From the NCBI GenBank assembly GCA_002269645.1, contig NIVC01000126.1:62001-126000 (forward strand): a stretch of DNA of 64,000 nt, read 5' to 3'. A model generated the notes under the pieces. It was given only the letters and a program-made list of their open reading frames with translations, had not been told where the DNA came from and did not search any database. The position numbers and the translations under genes are program-made. This DNA comes from Macrostomum lignano. Taxonomy: Eukaryota. Shown here piece by piece: positions 16,601 to 28,000 of this stretch. Position 1 is the stretch's first letter. Every line of letters starts with the position of its first letter.

Positions 16601-18801
16601 TTCACAGTGGTGACAGCGGTGGAGCAGCTAAAATCGTTTCGCCCCGTAAGCAACCTCAAGAAGAATCATTTAAAGCACCGGAGCTCAAAGAGAACGACTT
16701 GCAGGAGAGCAATGCAGCGAGGCGGACTTTGGTTGGAATACAAGAGAAAAAAGCTGGACCAATTTCGGTGAGGCAAAGGTTTCGCTATTAAAGGTGACAC
16801 TCTCAGAGGTGTCTCTCTCAGAGGTGTCTCTCTCAGAGGTGTCTCTCTCAGAGGTGTCTCTCTCAGAGGTGTCTCTATCAAAGGTGTCTCTCTCAGAGGT
16901 GTCTCTCTCAGAGGTGTCTCTCTCAGAGGTGTCTCTCTCAGAGGTGTCTCTCTCAGAGGTGTCTCTATCAAAGGTGTCTCTCTCAGAGGTGTCTCTCTCA
17001 GAGGTGTCTCTCTCAGAGGTGCCTCTCTCAGAGGTGTCTCTCTCAGAGGTGTCTCTCTCAGAGGTGTCTCTATCAAAGGTGTCTCTCTCAGAGGTGTCTC
17101 TATCAAAGGTGTCTCTCTCAGAGGTGTCTCTCTCAGAGGTGTCTCTCTCAGAGGTGTCTCTCTCAGAGGTGTCTCTCTCAGAGGTGTCTCTCTCAGAGGT
17201 GTCTCTCTCAGAGGTGTCTCTCTCAGAGGTGTCTCTCTCAGAGGTGTCTCTCTCAGAGGTGTCTCTCTCAGAGGTGTCTCTCTCAGAGGTGTCTCTCTCA
17301 GAGGTGTCTCTCTCAGAGGTGTCTCTCTCAGAGGTGTCTCTCTCAGAGGTGTCTCTATCAAAGGTGTCTCTCTCAGAGGTGTCTCTCTCAGAGGTGTCTC
17401 TCTCAGAGGTGTCTCTATCAAAGGTGTCTCTCTCAGAGGTGTCTCTCTCAGAGGTGTCTCTCTCAGAGGTGTCTCTCTCAGAGGTGTCTCTCTCAGAGGT
17501 GTCTCTATCAAAGGTGTCTCTATCAAAGGTGTCTCTCTCAGAGGTGTCTCTCTCAGAGGTGTCTCTTTCAGAGGTGTCTCTCTCAAAGGTGTCTCTCTCA
17601 AAGGTGTCTCTCTCAGGGGTGTCTCTATCAAAGGTGTCTCTCTCAGAGGTGTCTCTCTCAGAGGTGTCTCTCTCAGAGGTGTCTCTATCAAAGGTGTCTC
17701 TCTCAGAGGTGTCTCTCTCAGAGGTGTCTCTCTCAGAGGTGTCTCTCTCAGAGGTGTCTCTCTCAGAGGTGTCTCTATCAAAGGTGTCTCTATCAAAGGT
17801 GTCTCTCTCAGAGGTGTCTCTCTCAGAGGTGTCTCTTTCAGAGGTGTCTCTCTCAAAGGTGTCTCTCTCAAAGGTGTCTCTCTCAGGGGTGTCTCTCTTA
17901 GGGGTGTCTCTCTCAGATATGTCTCTTTTAGGGATGTCTCTCTCAGAGGTGTCTCTCCCAGATGTGTCTCTTTTAGGGGTGTCTTTCTCAGAAGTGTCTC
18001 TCTCAAAGGTGTCTCTCTGAGATGTGTCTCTTTAGAGGTGTCTCTTTTAGAGGTGTCTCGCGACTCAGAGGTGTCTCTCTCAGCGGTGTCTCTCAGGGGT
18101 CTCTCTGTCTCTCTGAGGGGTTTCTCTCTCAGGGAGCCTGTCTGAGGGGTGTCTCTGTCAGGGGTGTCTCTCTCAGGGGAGTCTCTCAGAGAGGTGTCTC
18201 TCTCAGAGCTGTCTCATAAAAGTGTGTCAAAGGGTGCTTTTTCAAAAGTGACGCTTCTTAAGGTGTCGCCTTCAAAATCTTCAGGAAATGCATTCCCAGA
18301 AAGCCACTCATGTTCATCACAGCGCATCCGTTCGCTCCTTAAACCCAGGCGCAGGTGCCAGTCAAGCCAGCGTCACCTGTCAAGACGTCGGTAGCGAGCA
18401 GAAGCGGCGGCGTCTGCGTCGCTAGTCGTCGTCGAAGCAGCAATTCGGCCACGTCTTCTGGAACAGCGACAGACGTTGCAGTGTCGGCAGCGTCGCTAGC
18501 CGAACGGTCGCCAAGCCACAAAGTTGTCTTTAGCGACTTGGTGACGGCGAGCGACGGTACAACGACATCGTCAGGCGCTTCAACGCCAATGTCCTGCGCT
18601 GTACCTGGAGTTTACGGCTGTGCAGCAGCCGCTTGTGGCAGGCGGCAGCATCAGCATCAAAAGCAGCAACAGCAGCCAGAAGAAGTTGTCTGGGAGCGCC
18701 AGAATGCTTTCAACACGCCAGCACTGGCTGCCGCCATTATTAACGAGTACCGGCAGAAGCGATCCACCCAAGCGGTTGGCGGCAAGTTATCCGACGCTTG
18801 A
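10645..18801 (+). CDS. SRCIN1 (p140Cap)/KIAA1217-like protein with AIP3 domain, coiled coil and polyQ, ~936 aa
   Basis: Exons 10645-10824, 12570-12813, 13295-13502, 14125-14423, 14511-15194, 15399-15499, 15927-16261, 16393-16476, 16545-16767, 18349-18801 (2811 nt, all phases match). AFLIFRDQVRRVQLPAKINSLDTVKEMFVQAF...IYVQD...FYELEDVRDVRPNCLLKI matches the AIP3 domain as I recall it from SRCIN1 (FYELEDVRDIQDRSIIKI). The CDS may extend 5' because the frame is open from the acceptor at 10600. Confidence 0.8.
10835..12546 (+). repeat. Intronic 42-44-bp minisatellite (GATGAAGGA[A/G]TAGAATGGATTGCTAATCTAGCCAACACCACGGA)n, about 40 copies
   Basis: Fills the intron between donor 10825 and acceptor 12569. 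Confidence 0.97.
12878..13100 (+). mobile_element. tRNA-headed SINE copy with internal deletion, intronic
   Basis: Reverse complement of the copies at 48298 and 59324; shares CAGTTCACCCAGCTGTAAAATGGGTGCCAGCATTAGCTGGGG and CAGATGCGCCGCGCAATAGCTG. Confidence 0.85.
13511..14108. repeat. (GACT)n/(GCCT) microsatellite grading into (CTAA)n
   Basis: Read directly; intronic. Confidence 0.97.
15548..15845. repeat. About 4.5 copies of a diverged ~67-bp unit (GTTGGACGCCTACCTCACTCCGCCGCCTGATTAAACCTCGC...)
   Basis: Unit starts at ~15549, 15617, 15681, 15752, 15816; intronic. Confidence 0.85.
16793..18215. repeat. 15-bp minisatellite (GAGGTGTCTCTCTCA)n
   Basis: Read directly; intronic; accounts for the RETPL and SEVSL ORFs. 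Confidence 0.97.
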
Positions 18802-19224
18802 GGCAACATGTCTGACGTCTCTCAAGCATTTTTAACTGTGGGTTCGAGTTCAAGCACAAAGGCGCAGAGAGTGGGAGTGCTCAGTGAAGAGTGGGAGGTG
18901 CTCTCGATTATCGCTTTGATTAGCGGCGCTAACTATAACTAACTATAACAAACTGTATTTTAATACTTCTAATAGTTTTTTTTTCACCTGGAAAAGCGCC
19001 ATATTGTAGCACTGTTTGCCTCGAAAAAATTTTGAGTTGGCTTTGTTGTTCTGCAAATTCACCAAATTTGTATTGTACAAAAGCATTCACGACTTTTTAA
19101 TAAGCGCGTTTATCGTTCGTTTAGTACGAGCTATAATGCTTTCAATCTCGCCTGGAAATATTTTCACCTTTGAATGTTTAATAATCACGGAATAATAAAA
19201 ATGATTATATGAATAGCAATGGGT

Positions 19225-19765
19225 CTCACTCTGACTCAATCTCACTCTCCCAGTCTCACTCTCTCAGTCTCACTCTCCCAGTCTCACTCTCTCAGTCTCA
19301 CTCTCCCAGTCTCACTCTCTCAGTCTCATTCTCCCAGTCTCACTCTCTCAGTCTCACTCTGCCAGTCTCACTCTCCCAGTCTCACTCTCCCAGTCTCATT
19401 CTCCCAGTCTCACTCTCTCAGTCTCATTCTCCCAGTCTCACTCTCTCAGTCTCATTCTCCCAGTCTCACTCTCCCAGTCTCATTCTCCCAGTCTCACTCT
19501 CTCAGTCTCATTCTCCCAGTCTCACTCTGCCAGTCTCACTCTCTCAGTCTCACTCTCTCAGTCTCATTCTCTCAGTCTCACTCTCTCAGTCTCATTCTCC
19601 CAGTCTCACTCTCTCAGTCTCACTCTGCCAGTCTCACTCTCTCAGTCTGAGTTTCATTTTCCCAGTCTCACTCTAAATCTCCCTCTCCCAATCTCACTCT
19701 CTCAGTCTCACTCTCCTAGTTTCACTCTTTCAGTCTTACTCTAGCAGTCTCACGCTCGCAGTGTC
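19225..19765. repeat. 14-bp minisatellite (CAGTCTCACTCTC[C/T])n
   Basis: Read directly. Confidence 0.95.
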
Positions 19766-21010
19766 ACCAGCACACCTCCCCCACCAGCTCAGTTATACGC
19801 GCAGAAGCTCATCAGGAACAAAGCTTTAAGCATGTAAATAGCTATAGCATTTGAAAATTCTATACGCCGAAACGGTCGGGACTGTGGTCGCCATCATCAG
19901 AGCCTGTAAACTGCTGCGAATCTCCACATTCAGCCGGACGCCGAGAAGTCGTGGCACAAACTGACCCCCAGTTTCTATAAAAGATCGATATTCCCCTATC
20001 GCCAACTCGGCGGTAAAGTCCGAAATTCAATTTGTTTGCCAGGCCGACCGCAATCAGCTAAAATCGCCTTCCTTCTCTCATGCCATAGAGCGGAACAGGC
20101 CTTAGCTCTAATACGAATATACTGAAGCGCCGTTGCAAATGCGGACTTCAATTCCATTTAGGTAGGTCAAGCATTTCCCGACCTAACGTCTAGAGGCATC
20201 GCTTTTTCTGCCTTCTTTTTTGCTTGACAATTGGTATAAACAATTTGTACTACTGTGGTTTTACTAGGTTTAAAGGCTCTTTAATCCATAGATAATCGAC
20301 CTCATATTCTGTCTATAAGCGTTCTTAAACATCGGCTTTGAAAAATCGGCTTTGCCGGATGACGTGCGAATTAAAGCCATGAGGGCCAACCTAACAGGGC
20401 ACACAGAGAGTGCACATGCCAAGGGGGCCGTAGGCCAGCGGTCTAGCGCAGGCTCTGGTGTGCCAGCGACCCAGGCTCGATTCCAAGTGCAGTCACATTA
20501 ATTTGGGGCTGAATTGGAATCTCGGCTTGGCTCTGCTCGTGCAATTAGCGGCCTTGAGAGCCAACCCCCCCCCCCCAAGGCGCAGTGAAGTGTACATGCC
20601 TAACGATAATATAAAGCTAGGGCCGCTGTACACTCCTGTGTGTGTGTGCGTACGTATCCGCACGCTTGTATGCCTGCTCAGGGGAGTCGGCGGAATGGGC
20701 AGTAATGCCTCTCGCCGGTTGTGCCTATGTCGCTTAAAGTGCGCCAGGGTGCACTTTAACACAACCCCCTGCCTCAAATAAAAAATAGAATGTACATGCC
20801 GAAAGATTAGAAAGTCAAGAGCTGCTGTACACCGTGTATGAGTGCGTGCCTGCGTACAGTATTGTACAGTATTGGCGGGCTTGCACGTACTCAGGAGTTG
20901 GTAGAATGGGCAGAACTGCCTCAGCTCTGGCTGTGAGAGACGTTGCCGCCAACTGCGCACAGTCTTCCTGCATTATTCCTGGTATTCTTATATACCATTT
21001 TGCCAATGCT

Positions 21011-21111
21011 GGACAACATCCGGGTTGACCAGATCAAATGCTACTTCGACCCGAAGACCAGCACTAAAGTGACTGAGAAGCCATATTTGGTTCAGTACGA
21101 GAGCCAGCATT
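21011..21111 (+). pseudogene. 101-bp copy of FAM78 exon 1 sequence (21475-21575)
   Basis: 100/101 identical (TTC vs TAC); reads as a short ORF MLDNIRVDQ...HWHTVLPIQ* with no downstream donor. Confidence 0.85.
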
Positions 21112-21454
21112 GGCATACCGTTTTGCCAATCCAATAAACTACTAAAAATAGCATCCGGTATGCATATTCCGAGCTCTGTGGCTTTGACACACGAAGAGGA
21201 AGTTGCATCTGCTAGATTAGAAGTCAACTAATAGCCAAATAGTTTATGTAAAAAAACCGCTGCCGTATGACAGACATACGCGCTTAAGCTATCGCTGTCG
21301 GTTAGCAGTCAATTTGCCCCGTTCATCCCCGTTCCCTCCCCGACGGAAGACAATGGCGGGATAGCAGATCAGCGCCGCTGTGAGACCAACCAAGCATTAT
21401 TATTAGTCTTCTATACAGTTGAACATCAATTAATAAAAATCAATTAAGCACACA

Positions 21455-23152
21455 ATGTCGCCCAAATTCAATACGGACAACATCCGGGTTGACCAGATCA
21501 AATGCTACTACGACCCGAAGACCAGCACTAAAGTGACTGAGAAGCCATATTTGGTTCAGTACGAGAGCCAGCATTTCAAGTGCAAAGCGCTCGTTGAACT
21601 TGAAGAGTCAATTGCGGACAGTCATTGGACTATAGGGCTGATTCAAGCCTGCGACCGGATGTATTTGGAGAACCGGTACGGGCAATACGGCAGCTCGTTC
21701 TGGGAGTTCCACCCATTGAAAACGAGACAACATCGAATGGTCAATGACAGCGATGGTAGACAGTATCCGTTCTACAGTCTGACCTCGAGCAAGTGCGAAG
21801 TTACTAAAGGTAAATTTACGCTTAATAAATTGACTTTTACTTGCTTATCGGTCGGTTCGATACAATTACAAAATATTCTCAGGGTCACGTGACCAGTTAA
21901 TTCGGCTACGATCCCAATGCCTTGCGACGGGGCAGGTCACGTGACGACTGGTTAAATTAGCTACGATCCTATGCCTTGCAACGGGTCAGGTCACGTGACG
22001 ACTGGTTAAATTAGCTACGATCCTATGCCTTGCAACGGGTCAGGTCACGTGACGACTGGTTAAATTAGCTACGATCCTATGCCTTGCAACGGGTCAGGTC
22101 ACGTGACGACTGGTTAAATTAGCTACGATCCTATGCCTTGCAACGGGTCAGGTCATGTGACCAGCTAAATCAGCTACGATCCAATGCCTTGCGACGGTTT
22201 AGGTCATGTGGTTGAAGATTGCATTGGCTACCATCTAGTGCTTTAAATAACTTTCGGAGTCACGTGACTTGTCAATTTACAATACCAGTTTATCAGCCCA
22301 TAACGTAGACTAACAAAAATTGCTACAAAACTACCACTCGAAATGGAATTTAAAGGTGTCGTCCGGGACAGCGTCATCAAGCTGCAGTACGCCGACCATT
22401 TCTATCCAACCGTGGCCTGGGACCTGCCCTACTGCAACGGCGTAAAACTAACCGACGTTATTCGCCGGCAAAGCTTCTGGATCTGGCTGGTGGCCATCAA
22501 GAGAGCGGCGCTGCACGCCGATACCGACGTGTTTCACCTGGGCGATGATCAGATTCACATACTGAGCAGCATGCACTGGCGCTACTCGTTGCACATGGAA
22601 TTCGACCCGCACGAGCGCATTGGCAGACGATTGCGAACTCTAACAGATACTCAAATGGAAGCGCCGAGAATCCTGCCAGAAGAGGAGGTCAAACCGATGC
22701 CTCTGTCGGCTGTGCATCCGCCGCACTGCAACGCCGCCCAGTCGCTAATCTGGTATCCGAAACAGCCCGGACAACAGCCGGACATCCTGGTGCCGCCAAA
22801 ACAGACTATTGTACCCTGGGAGCGATGGCTCCGCGACATGATGCCGGGCGTGGCGCCGAACCGGGTGCACCGGCCCAAGGATTTACACCTGTGCCCCAGT
22901 TGGCGAAACGATCGCGATATTGGGCGCTACTGTTCCTGGGACGGCGGCGCCAGACTGCGGCGCTACCAATCCAGCCAGGGTGTGCAGCAGCAGCAGCAGG
23001 CGCCAATAGCGTCAAGCAACAAGACCACTAGTCTGCTGGGCCACCGGGAGCATCATCGGCATGGCAGGCGGCTGGCCTGGAGGCAGGACAGCAACGGGGT
23101 AGCCGATGTCGAACTGAAGCGACGATACTCCGAAGTGGATAGGCAGCACTGA
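21455..23152 (+). CDS. FAM78: FAM78 family protein, 383 aa, 2 exons
   Basis: Exons 21455-21809 and 22356-23152 (phase 1). Motifs WTIGLIQAC, YGQYGSSFWE, NDSDGRQYPFY, DHFYPTVAW, RQSFWIWLVA, HWRYSLHMEFDP, PPHCNAAQSLIWYPK, LVPPK are colinear with FAM78A/B. Confidence 0.92.
21883..22200. repeat. Intronic 54-bp minisatellite carrying the GTCACGTGAC palindrome, about 6 copies
   Basis: Period 54 (CTACGA at 21961 and 22015). Confidence 0.92.
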
Positions 23153-23569
23153 GATTTTTCCTCGCCCCCAACCTCCGTTGCACTCCGCTTGCTGTCCTAA
23201 GCCGCCTCATGGAAGTTTCACTTTTTATATTCATTTGTTTATTTGAGATGATGAATGATGCCGTACAAGACGTGTTTATTGGCGCAAATGACAATTTGTT
23301 TTATCCCGAAAAGTCAATTCAGCTTCAAGTTGAAAAGAGCAACGAGCGACCAAAGAGCCCTTTGGGCCTTTTTATCTTTCAATTTTCTGAACAGCCGTAA
23401 TCTTTTTTGTTTGATTTTTTAAGCACCTGCGACCAAGGACGGAATAGAGGATCTAACGGCGAAAAAACTTGAGCTGGGAATTCACGGACATGGATTGTTT
23501 TTTGTCCAATCCAAGGTACCGAAGGAAGGAATCTCACACATAAAATATATGTCCCAAAATCGCACCTTG

Positions 23570-24420
23570 AGACTTTTTTCAGATTCTCATCCTTAAAAAT
23601 GATCTAGAAAACTCATCCCCGAGATTTGATCCAGAAAAATTTCACCACAGAGATTCGATCCCGAAATCTCACCCCCGAGATTCAGTCCCGAAAGATTTCA
23701 CCACTGAGATTCGATCCCGAAATCTCACCCCCGAGATTCAGTCCCGAAAAATTTCACCACTGAGATTCGATCCCGAAATCTCACCACTGAGATTTAATCC
23801 CGAAATCTCACCCCTGAGATTTGATCCCAAAATCTCACCACTGAGATTCAATCCAGAAAACTCATCACTGAGACTTGATTCCGAAATACCATCACTGAGA
23901 TTCGATTCCGAACTCTCTCACCCCTGAGATTCGATCCCGAAATCTCACCACTGAGATTTAATCCCGAAATCTCTCACCCCTGAGATTCGATCCCGAAATC
24001 TCACCACTGAGATTTAATCCCGAAATCTCACCCCTGAGATTTGATCCCAAAATCTCACCACTGAGATTCAATCCAGAAAACTCATCACTGAGACTTGATT
24101 CCGAAATACCATCACTGAGATTCGATTCCGAACTCTCTCACCCCTGAGATTCGATCCCGAAATCTCACCACTGAGATTTAATCCCGAAATCTCTCACCCC
24201 TGAGATTCGATCCCGAAATCTCACCACTGAGATTTAATCCCGAAATCTCTCACCCCTGAGATTCGATCCCAAAATCTCACCCCTGAGATTCGATTCCGAA
24301 ATCTCTCACCCCTGAGATTCGATCCCGAAATCTCTCACCCCTGAGATTGATCTCGAAATCTCACGCCTGAGATTCGATCCCGAAATCTCACCCCTGAGAT
24401 TTGATCCCGAAATTTTACGC
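23570..24420. repeat. Degenerate ~27-29-bp hairpin minisatellite (GAGATTCGATCCCGAAATCTCACC[A/C]CT)n
   Basis: Read directly; GAGATT...AATCTC inverted arms in each unit. Confidence 0.9.
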
Positions 24421-25012
24421 GAGGTTTTATCTCTAATTAAAACTGTAAACGCTTCACCTGATTGTCTTTCCAAAACTTTACCATAAAAGTATGCAATTAA
24501 AACCACAAAAGACAGTGATTTTATAATTTTAGTAGAAAAAAATACATTTGCAAATGCCAAAATATAGGATATAAGCATTAATGTGCAATAATTTATTTTA
24601 ATTAGCAATATGATATTAGTAGAAAAGTGCTAAAATACATTGAGAATAGCTTAAGAAACGTATGACACCTTGCTGCAAAATGCACAGGGGGTAATTAAGA
24701 GCAATATAAATGATTTAATAGTCGTTTAAATCCCTTTGAAAGCTTTTTCACGTTTAAAACTGTCGACACTACTGACTAGTAGGTAGTAAATTTTTAATGG
24801 ATATTAAAACATTGAAATCAAATTTATATAGAAAAAATGAACTACGCTACGTATCGGCAGTCGAATTTAAAATTTAGAAAAGCAAATGAGTAAAAACACG
24901 AAAAACCCTTAGCATACTACTTCTCGTAGTAGGATAGTAAAAATGAATAAAACATTTGATAATTTCTATATATAGAAACTACTACTGTTTATTAATTAAT
25001 CATACAGCCGAA

Positions 25013-28000
25013 TCACCTGCGCTCCAGCAGGTACACTAAGCAGGCGCTATCGCTGTCTAATTTTGGCGCCAACTGCACTGAGCCGGCGGCTACGCCGCAA
25101 AGCTTGCAGCGCAGCCAGGCAACAAAAACTCCGGGACCGTCGGCCTCGGATAGGAAACAATTCAATGGCGGGGCGGAGGCAGCGGTCTCGGCCATAGACA
25201 GCAACGGCTCCAACTGGTCGGGCGAGTAACGACAGTGATAGCTGCGGAGCCGCGTGCCGGCCTCGGACTGGCGACTGTCTAGGGAATGGGAATCAGAGGA
25301 GAAACTTCCTTGCAACGTGGTTTCTAAGGCTGTTGCTACGTGGTTGCTATTTGGTTTCGAGACTGTTGCTACGTTGTTTCTAGGCTTTGCTATGTGGTTT
25401 TTAGACTGTTGCTATGTGGTTGTTATTCGGTTCCTTGACAGTCGCTATGTGGTTGCTGTGTGGTTTCTAGACTGTTGCTACGTGGTTTCTAGGCTGTTGC
25501 TATGTGGTTTCTAGGCTGTTGCTATGTGGTTGCTATTTGGTTTCTAGACAGTCGCTATGTGGTTGCTGTGTGGTTTCTAGACTGTTGCTACGTGGTTTCT
25601 AGGTTGTTGCTATGTGCTTTTTAGACTGTTTCTGTGTTGCTGTTGTTTCTAAACAGTGCTATGTGCTTGCTATAAGTTTCTAGGCTGTTGCTATGTGGTT
25701 TTTAGACTGTTGCTATGTGGTTTCTAGGCTGTTGCACGTGGTTTCTAGGCTGTTGCTACGTGGTTGCTATGCAGTTTTTAGACCGTTGCTACGCGGTTGC
25801 TAGGCTACTAGATACTAGGATGTTGCTATGCAGTATTTTGGTTCCTACATCATATTGCTAAAAAGCAGCTCACCCTCAATAACAGCCGCCGACAGGAGTC
25901 GAGCACAGTAAGCAGGCATCTTCGAATTTTCCAAACGAGGATCATTGTTATCCTCATCCGCGATCAGCTGCCCGTTGCCTATGTACACTCCTTGTTTGCC
26001 GCAGGCGAAGCAGTGTCTTAGACAAGCGCCACTGCTGTTGTTGCTACTACCAATATTGTCATCTGCCGATTCGAGCTTCGGACGTTTAGAATCGCCCTCA
26101 AGTGGATGACAATCGTCAGTCTGATTATCAGAGCCAGCATCATCATCGTCTGTTACAGCATCATCATCGCTGATAAGATTAATTTGCTCAATAACCAGCG
26201 GACTGGCCGACACGGACGATTTTAGCCCGAACAAGCGACGCTTGCCGCTAGGCGTGCCGGCTGAGTCCAGTGGAGCTGGAGACGATGGCAGCGGAGTTGC
26301 TGGGGCAGACCTTGGCGAGTCTAAACCGGAACTAGAAGCTGTTGCTGCTGCAGCTGCCCCTACTGCTGGCGCTTCGATAGAAGCAGCGGCCGCGGCGGCT
26401 GTTCTGGCTGTTACAAACTGAGCGAGTCGGGACTTGACGTCCTGGCGAATGGAGAGCGTTTGCGTTGGCGTTAGGTTTAGAATATAAAGTATGTATTCTG
26501 CTAGTACATGTACGTACTGTAACATGTTTTTCAACTTCCGGTTTCTTTGTGTTACACTAGTAGCTTAGAAATTTACTTTTGGTCTTCGACATTACAGGAA
26601 GATTAGCTACTTTCGGTCTAAAAAATCACAAGAAGTTTAGTTACTTCCGGTCTACGAATTAAAAGGAATTTAATTCAGCTAATAAAGTATGTATTCTGCT
26701 AGTACATGTACGTACTGTAACATGTTTTTCAACTTCCGGTTTCTTTGTGTTACACTAGTAGCTTAGAAATTTACTTTTGGTCTTCGACATTACAGGAAGA
26801 TTAGCTACTTTCGGTCTAAAAAATCACAAGAAGTTCAGCTACTTCCGGTCTACGGGTTTACAGGAAGTCGAGCTACTTCCGGTGTACGGATTTACAAGAA
26901 GTCGAGCTACTTCCGGTGTACGGATTTACAAGAAGTCGAGCTACTTCCGGTGTACGGATTTACAAGAAGTCGAGCTACTTCCGGTGTACGGATTTACAAG
27001 AAGTCGAGCTACTTCCGGTGTACGGATTTACAAGAAGTCGAGCTACTTCCGGTCTACGGATTTACAAGAAGTCGAGCTACTTCCGGTCTACGGATTTACA
27101 AGAAGTTGAGCTACTTCCGGTCTACGGATTTACAAGAAGTCGAGCTACTTCCGGTGTACGGATTTACAAGAAGTCGAGCTACTTCCGGTCTACGGATTTA
27201 CAAGAAGTCGAGCTACTTCCGGTCTACGGATTTACAAGAAGTTGAGCTACTTCCGGTCTACGGATTTACAAGAAGTTGAGCTACTTCCGGTCTACGGATT
27301 TACAAGAAGTTGAGCTACTTCCGGTTCACGGATTTACAAGTTGAGCTACTTCCGGTCTACGGATTTACAAGAAGTTGAGCTACTTCCGGTTCACGGATTT
27401 ACAACAAGTTGAGCTAATTCCGGTTCACGGATTAAAAGGAGGTTGAACGACTTCCGGTTTCCGGATTTTAAGGAAGTGTGGCTATTTAAATAGCAAATTG
27501 AAAGTAACTCAATCACCTGAAAACTATCGCAAGCAGTAGCCCTGTTGCGAACCCACCGGGACAGGCCGGCCAAATACCGGCCAGAACGCTGGGCGAATCG
27601 TTCATCAACAAGCAGCAGGGCGCCCCAGTCGTGCCTGTGCCGTATACACCTGCCCAGGGCTTGGTTCAATGCGCGAAACGCCTGAGTCTCGTACCACTGC
27701 CCACCGTCTAGCAGTGTTCGCTCTTTCGCATGCTGATCATTGTAGCGGCGCTTCAGAGAGACCAGCGTGTCGCGAACGTTGGGAAACGGGATGCCAACGG
27801 TGACGCAGGCGCGGCACTGTTCGTCAGAGAAGTCGATGCCTTCGCTCATCTTGCCGCGGCAGACGGCTAATAATAGAGCCCCGGTACAGCCGTCCCCTTG
27901 TTGCTGATTGGCTGCGGCTGAAATAGGGTAGATTTGATTCTTTCTGACTGGCTGTTGGGTTTTACTTTCATATGCTTCTAGGGGCGACTGTTGGCTGAAT

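Noticed and set aside
16666-18020. 446-aa and 408-aa ORFs (RETPL, SEVSL repeats)
   Set aside because: Stop-free translations of a 15-bp satellite inside a GT-AG intron of the AIP3 gene.
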